A DNA stretch of 64,000 bases from a virus: IMG/VR virus record IMGVR_UViG_3300020171_000001, positions 32,001 to 96,000 of that record. One strand, given 5' to 3'. The position numbers and the translations under genes are program-made. Shown piece by piece: positions 38,100 through 47,481 of the stretch. Within the stretch, counting starts at the first letter, position 1. Each line of letters begins with the position of its first letter. The notes below the pieces were generated by a model. The model saw only the letters and a list, made by a program, of their open reading frames with translations, searched no databases and had not been told where the DNA came from.

Positions 38100-38161
38100 G
38101 GCCCGTGAAGTTAACGTGGCAGGCCTGCCGGGTCAAGCAGAATCCAAGCAGAATCCGGGTT

Positions 38162-38479
38162 TCAGCCCAGAGTCACCGTGAGCAGTGTAGCTAGTCCAAC
38201 AGCGATGGGCAACGCGGCGAGCGTGGTCCACTCGTCGGTCCGTAGGGTATTCGAGCCATCGATGAATACCGTGGTCGTGGCCAGCTCCCAACGTACCCGA
38301 GTGAAGGTGAGCTTCTGGTCCTGGAAGTTGACCGGGGTCGGGCCGACGACCAGGGTCCCGTTGGCCTGCCGGGTGACGATCTGGAAGGAGAAGGTCCCGT
38401 GGGCCGCTGCGACCTGCTTGGACGCGCTGGTCTGATCCGCTGCCATGGACACGCTGTTCAGGAAGCAAAAGGCTGGCAT
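38162..38479 (-). CDS. Thr-rich small protein (possibly virion)
   Basis: GGAGG SD; extended -10 TGCTACACT upstream. Confidence 0.55.
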   Translation of the reverse strand: MPAFCFLNSVSMAADQTSASKQVAAAHGTFSFQIVTRQANGTLVVGPTPVNFQDQKLTFTRVRWELATTTVFIDGSNTLRTDEWTTLAALPIAVGLATLLTVTLG

Positions 38480-38540
38480 GCTGATTGGTCCTCCGGCTAA
38501 ACGCTAGTCGAGGAGTGTAGCATAAACCAATGAGAGATTC

Positions 38541-39533
38541 TCAAGCAGCTTGAGCCATGATTTCCTGGAACCACCGGGTGGACCAGAGAGGCTCGCCATC
38601 CGGGCGCCATGCCTGCGGGATGAAGAGGCCCTTCTTGGTCTGCTCCTCCACGATCATGTCCGGGACACCAAGTTCCCGGGCCACGACGCGCAGGGGCGCT
38701 TTGCAGTACTCAGATGTGACTCGCTCGTCGGGGAACAGACGACCGGCTGCCTCGCGCACCATCGGGTGCCCGAAGGGGAAACGTACCTCGGCGCCGAAGG
38801 CCTGGAGGCACGCGGTCTCGTTGACCAGGAGCGGGGGCAGGCCATGATGGAGGTCCACTAGCCGGGCCATCTCCACGGCAGACGTTACGTTGGCTGCGTG
38901 TTTGTCGATCAGCTCGTAGGCCTCTGCGGTGGGGACCGTGCGAGCGATCATTCGGGCCGCTGCGTCCCGCGGGCCGTCAATGCCCAGCACGTGCCGGATG
39001 ATCCCTTTGTAGGCCACGAGGCGGTAGTCCGCGAAGATCTTGTCGAGGTAGTGCAGCACGCGGTAGCGTGTGTAGCCACCGAACAGCTCGTCGGCGCACT
39101 CACCGGTGAGCAGGACTTCGATGCCGTCAGCCTGCGCTCGCCGAGCCGCGAACCACTGGCACACCTGGGACCACGAACCGGTCCCATGGGTGAGCCGGTA
39201 GACTTCTGGAAGCGCGTCAAGCATCTCCTCGCGGGAGAAGGTCACTTCGGTGACCGGAAAGCCACGGGCGGCCAGCCGAGCCGCTGTGATGTTGTCCTGC
39301 TCGGGCCAGGTCACGCAGTAGAGGTGGTCAAGTCGGGCGATAGCCTGGATGATGGCCGAGTCGAGGCCACCCGAGAGCAGTAGGCCAGTGCCACTCGGGC
39401 CCTGCGGCGCGATAGACTCTTGCACTGCGGTGGCCAACGCCTTCGAGATGCTTTGGTGCATTCTGCCTGCCTCCTCTACGCACCGATCTGTGCGCCTACG
39501 GATTTGCGTTTTCGTGAGGGTAGCTATGGCCAT
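38541..39533 (-). CDS. asparagine-synthetase-like ATP-dependent amidase/ligase (synthetase domain only)
   Basis: LLSGGLDS, LTGECADELFGGY, EVRFPF, K..LR; no N-terminal glutaminase domain. Confidence 0.85.
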   Translation of the reverse strand: MAIATLTKTQIRRRTDRCVEEAGRMHQSISKALATAVQESIAPQGPSGTGLLLSGGLDSAIIQAIARLDHLYCVTWPEQDNITAARLAARGFPVTEVTFSREEMLDALPEVYRLTHGTGSWSQVCQWFAARRAQADGIEVLLTGECADELFGGYTRYRVLHYLDKIFADYRLVAYKGIIRHVLGIDGPRDAAARMIARTVPTAEAYELIDKHAANVTSAVEMARLVDLHHGLPPLLVNETACLQAFGAEVRFPFGHPMVREAAGRLFPDERVTSEYCKAPLRVVARELGVPDMIVEEQTKKGLFIPQAWRPDGEPLWSTRWFQEIMAQAA

Positions 39534-40041
39534 GGCGCGGGTCTCGACCGAGAAACCCTGTGAGGTCCCCAAGCTTGTCCTTGGCGTCAAGCGGTAGGAC
39601 AAGAAGTTTGTCCTTGCCTGCTCTTCTGAAGCAGCGGCGGACGCAGTCCTCGTGCTGGTCGAAGATGTCCCCGAACTGCCCACGGTGGAACCGCCGGGTG
39701 CCGAAAGTGCTCATGTTGCTGAGGTGCGTGTCAGGGTCATCGCTGGCCACCCGGTGCGCCTCCCACCACCGCTCGCAGGAGTCCAGCCAAGTCTCGCGCT
39801 GGCGGGTCGTGAGAATGAATTGGCTCTTGGGGTAGACGCGATCGAGATGCCGGTAGTAGCGAGTGCCGAAGTGGACCAGAGCATCCCAGGTATCAGGTTG
39901 CCAAGTGAAGTTCGCCTCTTCCAAGACCTGCTTGTAGAAGCCGAAGGGGTTGTGGATCACCCGGAGGTCGAAGCTCTCCAGTGCTTTGGCCAAGCTCACT
40001 GTTCCCGTCTTGGGCAGGCCGATGCCGAAGATCTTGCTCAT
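39496..40041 (-). CDS. sulfotransferase-family protein
   Basis: KIFGIGLPKTGT.SL..AL PAPS loop; FILT.R....W..S. Confidence 0.8.
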   Translation of the reverse strand: MSKIFGIGLPKTGTVSLAKALESFDLRVIHNPFGFYKQVLEEANFTWQPDTWDALVHFGTRYYRHLDRVYPKSQFILTTRQRETWLDSCERWWEAHRVASDDPDTHLSNMSTFGTRRFHRGQFGDIFDQHEDCVRRCFRRAGKDKLLVLPLDAKDKLGDLTGFLGRDPRHGHSYPHENANP

Positions 40042-40580
40042 GCTTGTGGCCGCCACGCCTCAAGGTTGAGGCTCATCAACCTCCCGTCGGCCTTTCGCAG
40101 GTGGGGAAGATACGCCTGGGAGAAGTCATCCACGTGCGCATGCTCAGTCCTGCGCCAGTCGTAGCGCTGGATGCGCACGAAGCCCGCGGCTGAGAGGGCC
40201 ATGGTGAGCCACGCTTCATCGAAGGCGCAGTGGTGGAAGTTCAGTGGGTGGTCCTGCCCCCCGTAGAGTAGGCCGTGGAGTCCTTCAAGGCTCTTAGTCT
40301 CCTGGTACCAAGCGCAGATCGCAGAGAAGTCCGGGACGGCGAGTCGGAGGACCCCACCAGGTGAGAGAACACTGCGCCAGTCCCCGAGCACGCGGGGAAT
40401 AGCCTCGCGGTGAAAATGCTCCAGGATATGCGACGCGTAGACTGCTTCTGCGACTCCTGCACCAAACGCTTCGACGAGGTGGGCCGCAGAGACGATGTGG
40501 TCGATGTGCGCGTGCGGCATCAGGTCGACGTGGACCCAGCCCGCGATGTACCGTGGTCCGCAGCCGATGTGGAGTTTCAC
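40038..40580 (-). CDS. class I SAM methyltransferase
   Basis: KLHIGCG, GW..VD, YASHILEH, R.L.PGG.LR..VPD. Confidence 0.85.
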   Translation of the reverse strand: MKLHIGCGPRYIAGWVHVDLMPHAHIDHIVSAAHLVEAFGAGVAEAVYASHILEHFHREAIPRVLGDWRSVLSPGGVLRLAVPDFSAICAWYQETKSLEGLHGLLYGGQDHPLNFHHCAFDEAWLTMALSAAGFVRIQRYDWRRTEHAHVDDFSQAYLPHLRKADGRLMSLNLEAWRPQA

Positions 40581-41365
40581 GTCGGTACCTCGCAGACCAC
40601 GTTGACGCTCCGTTTGGACAAGTCGTCCTCTGCAATGATGGCCTCGAGGTCCACAGGAGAAAAGGTCTCCTCACGTACGAATCTGTAGCCCATGTCCTGC
40701 AGCAAGAGCAGCATCTCCCGCGTCTTCGTTCCGTAGGTGTAGTTGCTATCGCGAGCAAGCCCTGCAGACTCACGGAGGGTATAGTCGCAGACCTCGAGGA
40801 GCAGGACCGGGCGGAGCCGGGCCAGGGTCCTTCGTGCTCCGAAGATGAAGTCCAACTCGCTGCCATCGAGGTCCACTTTGGCGAAGTCCAGGCGGTCCAT
40901 CTGCAGATCGTCCAGTGCCACCGTTGCTATCTGCGCAGAGGGTTGCTCGCAGCGCGTGGGCGGCCAGGAGTAGTTGAAGAAGGTTTCCTGTGGCCCCTGT
41001 GCCCTCCGCCCAAGAGCTTTGCAGTGGACCACGGTGTTTTCGATGTCGTTTAGTCTGCAGTGCTCCCCGATCAGGGCAGCCGGCTCGGGCATGGCTTCGA
41101 AAGAGGCCACGTGGCCCCCCGGCCCCACCAAATACGCCAGAAGCACTGTGTAGTAGCCCATGTTGGCGCCGGCGTCCAGTACGTGCATGCCTGGGCGGAC
41201 AAGGCTCTCGACGGCCCACGTGGAATAGGGCTCCCAGATGTGGCTTCGGAGGACAGAGCCATCGATGAGCTGTTCGGGGTCGAGTAGCCAATGGAAAGCC
41301 GGAGTGTCTCCCCGCTTCAAGGCTATGGGCGCGTCATACGGCTCTTTCAAACTACGGTAGGTCAT
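40577..41365 (-). CDS. FkbM-family methyltransferase
   Basis: WEP, DAGANMGYY, V.SFE, KVDLDGSE. Confidence 0.85.
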   Translation of the reverse strand: MTYRSLKEPYDAPIALKRGDTPAFHWLLDPEQLIDGSVLRSHIWEPYSTWAVESLVRPGMHVLDAGANMGYYTVLLAYLVGPGGHVASFEAMPEPAALIGEHCRLNDIENTVVHCKALGRRAQGPQETFFNYSWPPTRCEQPSAQIATVALDDLQMDRLDFAKVDLDGSELDFIFGARRTLARLRPVLLLEVCDYTLRESAGLARDSNYTYGTKTREMLLLLQDMGYRFVREETFSPVDLEAIIAEDDLSKRSVNVVCEVPT

Positions 41366-42228
41366 GGCCAAGTTCTCCCAACCAAGGACATTGCTTCGTG
41401 CACACATGGATCTCCGTAGCAAATCTCCACGTAGCGCTGGATAGGGTTTGCCACATTGGGGTCGACGCGGACCCCGCGGATTCCTGGTAGCCCATCAACG
41501 TCATTGCCAGACCACGGGTTCCTGTCAACGGTGCCTGCCAAGATCGCATTGCGCAGTGTATGCACATTCCCGCCGATGTGGTGCTGCCGTTTTTCTCCGT
41601 AGTCCTCTGCTGGAACCGTCAGGATCTTCGTGGTCTCTGAGCTCTTCAAGCCCATAATACGCGGCATGGCATGGCTTGCGTCGGTAGCCAAATCCTCATA
41701 GGCCAGCACATGGTCAGGCGCTGATGCGGAGAGAGCTATGACGTTGGCGGCCCAGTTTGCAGCCCACAGTGCTACGTCGCTGTCTGCTGCGTTCTCACCG
41801 ACGAGAGACCGTGCGTAGGCCCAGGGGGGCTTGTGGACCAGAACCCGGATGTGCTGCTCATCCGGGTTGCAAGTCTGCATGATGCTTGTGTACCCCGGGT
41901 TCTTGCTGGTATCAATGAGCCAGCCCGTGACCCCGAAAAGTTTGCGTACCTGTTGGTAGTGGTCGCGCAAAGTCAGACTGGAGTGCTCCTTGATGAACGG
42001 GCACATGCCGCCGCAAGACCTGCAATATGCCCGGTAGATGCCCGAGGCATAGCGCTGGCGACGAAGGGCGATGAACAAATCGTGGTCGTTTGCACTCATG
42101 TTGAGGACACAGTAGTGGATCCACTCCCCCAGCATGGTCCATCCGGGCTGCGCACCAGCGATTAAGCCGAGGAGCGTGGAGCCGGATCGGCCCATACCCA
42201 CGACGTGGAGGACGCCAGTGCCCGTCAT
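41362..42228 (-). CDS. sulfotransferase-family protein
   Basis: GMGRSGSTLL, GE, IDTSK, YEDLA.D, H.IGGN. Confidence 0.75.
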   Translation of the reverse strand: MTGTGVLHVVGMGRSGSTLLGLIAGAQPGWTMLGEWIHYCVLNMSANDHDLFIALRRQRYASGIYRAYCRSCGGMCPFIKEHSSLTLRDHYQQVRKLFGVTGWLIDTSKNPGYTSIMQTCNPDEQHIRVLVHKPPWAYARSLVGENAADSDVALWAANWAANVIALSASAPDHVLAYEDLATDASHAMPRIMGLKSSETTKILTVPAEDYGEKRQHHIGGNVHTLRNAILAGTVDRNPWSGNDVDGLPGIRGVRVDPNVANPIQRYVEICYGDPCVHEAMSLVGRTWP

Positions 42229-43418
42229 TGCTGAAACTCATTCGGTGCCAAACGCTGGAGGTACCGGCCATAGCAGTGCCGAATGGCCTCTCGGTAGCTG
42301 TTCTTGGCTACGACAGTATCGGTATGCTCTTTGGCTGCCAGGGCCATCCGAGACAGGAACTCTCCGTCCTCCCGTGGGGCCTTCAGCACCTGGAAGAAGT
42401 TCGCAATGGAGCCATCGAACCCAATGTAGTGCGTTCCATTACGGTAGCCGAATTCAGTGAGTTCTCCGTGCCTATCATGGAGAACCTGGACCACGCCTGT
42501 TTCGAACAAGTCGAACAATCTACCGTTGAAGAACGACGAGATCGGGAAGTTTACGCCGAATCGCGATCTGGCGTAATAAGGCGCCACGACGTACCCGTTC
42601 CGGTTGACGTCGTTTCGCGGTAGAAGTTCTCCATCGCGCATGCCAGAGCCACAGAGAAGACTGCGGTGCCCGGTTTCTCCCGCGCGGTGGTTCAACTCGG
42701 TCAGGAACGCACGGCGTTCCGGGTTCATGTCCCCGCGGCAGCCGACGAAGATTAAATCGATGTCGACTGCGCCCCGGCGCAGATCCTCTGCTTTTTGCTG
42801 TACGGTGAATCCTGTGTCCTTGCACCATGCCTGGAGTTGATCGGATGTCCCCCCAATGTGCATACGACAGTAGGGTAGACCGAGAGCCTGGTACTTCTCT
42901 GCAGTTCGCACGCCGGTAGCATAGTCCCAGGTAAGCATTCGATAAACCAGCGCATCGAAATACTTTGCCACAGGGAATGTCTTGATCTCCGATGACCCCG
43001 GGCAGTCATCTCCGAACTCCAGGATGCAGACCTTGAACCTGCCCGAGATCCGCTCCATGACCTCTGGGAAGCACTGATAGGCGTGCTGCCAACGCAGGAT
43101 CTCGTGGTCCCCCGAGAGTCGAAGGAGATCAGAGACCAGTTGGTTTACAACGGCAGGGGCCGGCCTGCGCGTGTTGTCAACCATCCCCGGAGCCATCCCC
43201 TGGGGGAGTTCTAGTACTCCTGCGCGGACATAGGGCAGATACTGAGGGTACGTGGTGGTGTCCACGACGAGGTCTACCCCTTCGTCGGCGAAGCGGTACG
43301 GGTTTCCCCCCCGCCGCTCCTGGATGATCTTGGAGAAATCCGTGTCGTCGGTGTCCGGCCACTTCTGCCAGCTCCGTTGATCGGTGATCAGGACTTCCTT
43401 GACCCCAACAGTTGTCAT
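42225..43418 (-). CDS. glycosyltransferase (GT-B, CgeB/Glyco_trans_1_2-like)
   Basis: IDL.FVG, R..FL, Y..SRFGVN, RLFD...G. Confidence 0.7.
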   Translation of the reverse strand: MTTVGVKEVLITDQRSWQKWPDTDDTDFSKIIQERRGGNPYRFADEGVDLVVDTTTYPQYLPYVRAGVLELPQGMAPGMVDNTRRPAPAVVNQLVSDLLRLSGDHEILRWQHAYQCFPEVMERISGRFKVCILEFGDDCPGSSEIKTFPVAKYFDALVYRMLTWDYATGVRTAEKYQALGLPYCRMHIGGTSDQLQAWCKDTGFTVQQKAEDLRRGAVDIDLIFVGCRGDMNPERRAFLTELNHRAGETGHRSLLCGSGMRDGELLPRNDVNRNGYVVAPYYARSRFGVNFPISSFFNGRLFDLFETGVVQVLHDRHGELTEFGYRNGTHYIGFDGSIANFFQVLKAPREDGEFLSRMALAAKEHTDTVVAKNSYREAIRHCYGRYLQRLAPNEFQQ

Positions 43419-45127
43419 CTCCGGAAGCCCCAGATCGTGGCCACGGAGAGTTCTGGGACGGGGACCTGCGACGCTTCGTAACCCAATAAGCGTATGCCGT
43501 CCACCAGCGCGGCTTGCTCTTCGGCCCCAGGCCGATGAATCCACCAGCGCTCTACGTCGATAACTGCGTCCCGTCCGTTGAGGGCCAAACGGAGCTTGTC
43601 TGCCTCTGGGACTTCCCACGTTCGCCAGTGCTCATTTATGACGTTTGTGGCGACAAGCATGTCGTAATCCGGTCCGGAGTACCCATCGGGGAACGTCGAA
43701 CAAAGCACCTCGAGATTGCACGCGACCCTCGGGTGCATTCGGGCCATCCAGGCCTGAATATACCGAGCTCCACGGGCCCGCTCGGGGTCAATGTCCACGG
43801 CAACCGCGGGGAACCCGAGGGCAGCCAAGGCCAGAGCTAACTGCGCGTGCCCAGCGCCAACTTCGAGAACTCGCTGAGGCCGTGGGCCTTGGCGGGCCAA
43901 CCATCGGACGATTCCACGGTCATTTGCATCGAGGATTGAGCCCGAGTCCATCTTGTACTTGTAGTACCCGTCGATGGCCAGCCGGCCCGGATTCTCTGCG
44001 AACCAGCTCCGGTGTGCTTCCAAGAGACCAGCGTCGAAGGCATCGAGGTCAGGATCACTGGAGTCAGGGCCACCAGGGCCAACGTCATTGCCCCTAACGC
44101 AGGCTCTGCGTGGGCCACCGGCTGAACTGGATTTGGAGTCGGTTTGCATAGGTTTGCTCTCAAGGATACTTGTAACGTCTGCGAAGCAGACAGGGATCTC
44201 CTCACGCGCGCAAGCCGCGGTCAAACCATCCATGGCCCGGGCTACACGGGGATTGGCAACTGGGGTCCACGTGTCAGCGATGCTTCTCCAGTACACGTCC
44301 CAGAGTGAGTGCGCGTGAGTCTTGATATAGAGTGTGCCGCCGATGACAGGGGACTCCTCAAGCCAGGACACTACGGCGTCAGCCGGCGCCGTGTCTCCGT
44401 GGGCAACAGCGTCCAGGGATACTCGGGAAAACGGCGTGGGGCTGTTCCAGATCAGGAATCGCCCTTCGGCTGCCAGCTGAGATGCGCTCGGGATACGCAA
44501 CAACGCGGTTCGGGGCTTGGCCCCGTCTGCGGCATACCCTTTGGGCGCGGAGAAGGGGACCACGGTATGCGGCGCAGGAATCGTTGGGGCGCAATGCCTG
44601 CGGCCGGGCGGAAAGGAAAAGTCTGCTATCACTCCGTGGCGATGGAGAACAGCGATTTCGTCCACGATGTCGCAGATCGCCGGGTCAGAGGCATTGAGGG
44701 ACCAGCAGCCATGGACGAAGGCTGCGTATTGCGGCAGGTGTAGATCTGCGCGCTGGGCCACGAGGTACCCAAGGAGACTGGACAGTCGGTTGGAGTTGGC
44801 CTCTGGATCGTGGGGCCAGCACTCATGATGAATATGGATTTGCTGGTCTACGCCCGCGCCGACGAGGGCCTTCTGGATCTCCAGGTCAGACGCCATCCTC
44901 GCAGGATTCTCACGGACTCCCAGGTCCCTCTCGTCCCCGAGGATAAAGGACTGCGAGCTGAAGAACACGGAGATGGCTCGAGACCAGGAGCATTGCTTCA
45001 GCAATTCGAGCCACCGCCGGACGTGCCCCACAGACATGAAGGAGCCAGAACCATCTGTCTGGTAAGGCTCAAAGTGGTCGCAATGCGCTAGCACGACGCG
45101 CTGGACGCCACGTTGGGCCAGAGTCAT
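43415..45127 (-). CDS. fusion: putative metal-dependent carbohydrate-modifying domain plus SAM methyltransferase
   Basis: DHFEP, HIHH, FVHG.W.L, DFSFP, KTHAH in N-part; VLEVGAG..D in C-part. Confidence 0.55.
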   Translation of the reverse strand: MTLAQRGVQRVVLAHCDHFEPYQTDGSGSFMSVGHVRRWLELLKQCSWSRAISVFFSSQSFILGDERDLGVRENPARMASDLEIQKALVGAGVDQQIHIHHECWPHDPEANSNRLSSLLGYLVAQRADLHLPQYAAFVHGCWSLNASDPAICDIVDEIAVLHRHGVIADFSFPPGRRHCAPTIPAPHTVVPFSAPKGYAADGAKPRTALLRIPSASQLAAEGRFLIWNSPTPFSRVSLDAVAHGDTAPADAVVSWLEESPVIGGTLYIKTHAHSLWDVYWRSIADTWTPVANPRVARAMDGLTAACAREEIPVCFADVTSILESKPMQTDSKSSSAGGPRRACVRGNDVGPGGPDSSDPDLDAFDAGLLEAHRSWFAENPGRLAIDGYYKYKMDSGSILDANDRGIVRWLARQGPRPQRVLEVGAGHAQLALALAALGFPAVAVDIDPERARGARYIQAWMARMHPRVACNLEVLCSTFPDGYSGPDYDMLVATNVINEHWRTWEVPEADKLRLALNGRDAVIDVERWWIHRPGAEEQAALVDGIRLLGYEASQVPVPELSVATIWGFRR

Positions 45128-45735
45128 GGCTTCGTCCCCCAGGGCCACACGCGCACCTCGGGCGTTGCAAGCCCGTGGAAGGTTGCCTTGCTCTCCCCAT
45201 GGGTGTAAAAGCCGTCTTTCCCGACGCCGTTTGTCCCTCGCCACCAGTGGCCGTCTCGGACTATGACGGCTGGGTCGAGAAGAATATCGTCATAGCCCAA
45301 AAGGCGACCGTCGGCTCCCCGGTAGACCGACTGGTGCTCCTTTTCGACATCTAGTAGGAATGGCCGGGCCACGAGGTCCTGGGGCCCTACTACCTCGACG
45401 ACGCTGTGTCCGCTAGTGCCGTCAGAGTGGAGCAGCTCGATCCCCCGGCATTCCACGCGGAAGATATGATATGCAAGAAAGGCAAAGAGAAGGCACTGCT
45501 GCTCGCACCAGCCTGCGCGCTGTTCCAGGATCTCTCGAGGGCAAAGGCTTCCGGGGTGACTCAGGGGGTGAGCGATCTCGGTGCCGACCCAGACCATGAG
45601 ACGAAGTAGCCGCTCTTCTAGGCTCCCGTTCCCCGCCGAGGTCCGAGCCATGGCAATCTGCAGTCGGATTCGTCGATCCGGCTGCACCTCGGCATGGTTG
45701 GCCCAGCGATTCCAGTCGCCGATCGACGCAGGCAT
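45124..45735 (-). CDS. transglutaminase-like protein
   Basis: GWCEQQ, GHSVVEV, LLD (Cys-His-Asp triad order). Confidence 0.65.
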   Translation of the reverse strand: MPASIGDWNRWANHAEVQPDRRIRLQIAMARTSAGNGSLEERLLRLMVWVGTEIAHPLSHPGSLCPREILEQRAGWCEQQCLLFAFLAYHIFRVECRGIELLHSDGTSGHSVVEVVGPQDLVARPFLLDVEKEHQSVYRGADGRLLGYDDILLDPAVIVRDGHWWRGTNGVGKDGFYTHGESKATFHGLATPEVRVWPWGTKP

Positions 45736-45742
45736 TTGGGTG

Positions 45743-46528
45743 TTATCCCCTCTTGAACCCGGAGACGGAAACTGGGAATCCGCCTACCCACGTAGCAACG
45801 AATCCGCTGGCAGTGAACCAACCGGTGACCTCTTCGACGGTATGCCAGAACCGATATCTCGGTGTCAGCCAGTCAAAGAAGTCGCTGATGCACTGCTCAT
45901 CATTCGGATTGTAGGACGGCCGCAGGACCTCTTCCAGGGGCCCCCACGCGGGATGGCACAGGTCGCGGATCTGCACGGCGTATTCACGGCAGATGCCATA
46001 GAGGACCTCGGGGGGAACGGCCCTGGTCACCTCATGCATGAAGTCCACGAGGATCTGATGCTTTGGATCTGCCGTGGGCCGGGTGTAGACCCAGATAGCC
46101 ATTTGGCCCCCCGGCTTGACGGTCCGGGCCACATTGGCGAAGGACTGCGCCGGGTCTGCCGTGTGGTGGAGGACCCCGATGGACATGGCCATGTCGACGG
46201 ACGCATCGGGGAGGAATCCGGGTATCGTCAGGTCCGCCTGGATCAGCTCCGCCTGCGGCGCGTTTTCACGAGCCGCTGCGAGCCCGTCGGGGGACACGTC
46301 CACACCGATGGCCTTGCCTCCGTGGTCAGTGATGAACCGGCAGTATCGGCCGATCCCGCAGCCTGCGTCCAGGACGACCTTGCCCGCCAAGTCTTCAAGC
46401 CGCCAACCGGTCTTCTCCATGAACTGCTTCGCGGTGGTCGGCTGGGGCTCCGGGTGCCGTCTCCAGCGCTGGTCGAAGCCCTTGTCTGATTCGGGGGGTG
46501 ACGACGACGACGACGATGACCGGGTCAT
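45743..46528 (-). CDS. class I SAM methyltransferase
   Basis: VLDAGCG.GRY, GVD.S, S.GVLHHT, KPGG...IWVY, FD.L.P.Y. Confidence 0.88.
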   Translation of the reverse strand: MTRSSSSSSSPPESDKGFDQRWRRHPEPQPTTAKQFMEKTGWRLEDLAGKVVLDAGCGIGRYCRFITDHGGKAIGVDVSPDGLAAARENAPQAELIQADLTIPGFLPDASVDMAMSIGVLHHTADPAQSFANVARTVKPGGQMAIWVYTRPTADPKHQILVDFMHEVTRAVPPEVLYGICREYAVQIRDLCHPAWGPLEEVLRPSYNPNDEQCISDFFDWLTPRYRFWHTVEEVTGWFTASGFVATWVGGFPVSVSGFKRG

Positions 46529-47481
46529 GCTGGCTCCTTGGGCTTGGGCTGGCTCAGATACGGGCCGGCGGGGGCAAGGGCGAAGGTGTTGAGTAGCCAT
46601 GTCAGGAGGACTGCTTGTTGATGCGGGCCGGCGCGGCCGAACCGCAGGGTCTTGACGGCATCGTTGGGCACGGCTGGCACTTCATCAGGAGCCAAGAGCA
46701 GCGTCTCGGAGACATCCTGTACAAGGGCCGCAGCAGCTGGGAGCGGGGCAAGCCCCTCTACCAGTCTCTGGAAGTACGTGGTCCACTCCTCCGCAGTGCG
46801 ACTGAGCCTCGCGAGGTCGCGTGGGAGTCGTGGTGATACCCGGGGAAAGTCTTGAATAGCTGCCCACTGGTCGTCGGTGCACTCGGCACCGCGAAGCAGC
46901 ACGCCGTAGGTGGCCAAAGCATCCCCGAGGTTCGGTATGCGGAACGGCGGTTCCTCCTCCCTGTTCTTCCCGCAAGTCCAGAGGACCGCTTCGTAGGGCT
47001 CGATGAGGGCTGCCAACTCCTCCGGAGTGTACTCGCGGACGTGGAAGGGATTCTGGCACTTCCAGGTATTCCAGTTCGGCGTGGAAAGAAATACAAACCG
47101 TCGTGCCACGCGATGGAGTTGGGACAGGAACTCGGTATCCTCTTCGACGTGCTCGAGGACATCCATGGCCGTGACCGCGTCAAACGACCGATCCCGGAAG
47201 TCCTCGATCGGGAGGTCCAGGACGTGCATACGATCCACGGGCGCCGGGTCAGTCCCCACCACGCGCGTGGTTTCACCGGAACGGAGGAGCGCCAGGCCTC
47301 TCCCGTCCCCAGCGCCAACGTCCAGCACGGACAGATCCTTTGCGAGGTACGATGCCAGGAGGTACCAGTGGTCTTGCCCGCCGGTGGCGTTGCTGGCACG
47401 CTGGGCCGGCGGGAGCTTCTCCAATCGCTGGGGTTCAGTTACATTGCGCGGCACAAGAATTCCTCGTAGCGCTGGGACCAA
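46525..47481 (-). CDS. class I SAM methyltransferase (start uncertain)
   Basis: VLDVGAG.G, FD......DVLEHV, STPN, NPFHVREYT. Confidence 0.85.
   Translation of the reverse strand: MVPALRGILVPRNVTEPQRLEKLPPAQRASNATGGQDHWYLLASYLAKDLSVLDVGAGDGRGLALLRSGETTRVVGTDPAPVDRMHVLDLPIEDFRDRSFDAVTAMDVLEHVEEDTEFLSQLHRVARRFVFLSTPNWNTWKCQNPFHVREYTPEELAALIEPYEAVLWTCGKNREEEPPFRIPNLGDALATYGVLLRGAECTDDQWAAIQDFPRVSPRLPRDLARLSRTAEEWTTYFQRLVEGLAPLPAAAALVQDVSETLLLAPDEVPAVPNDAVKTLRFGRAGPHQQAVLLTWLLNTFALAPAGPYLSQPKPKEPA

Noticed and set aside
38541-45735. Lasso-peptide cluster (Asn-synthetase-like cyclase plus transglutaminase-like protease)
   Set aside because: No PqqD/RRE protein or precursor with a YxxPxL...T leader seen; GExADELFGGY is AsnB-type; neighbours are glycan enzymes
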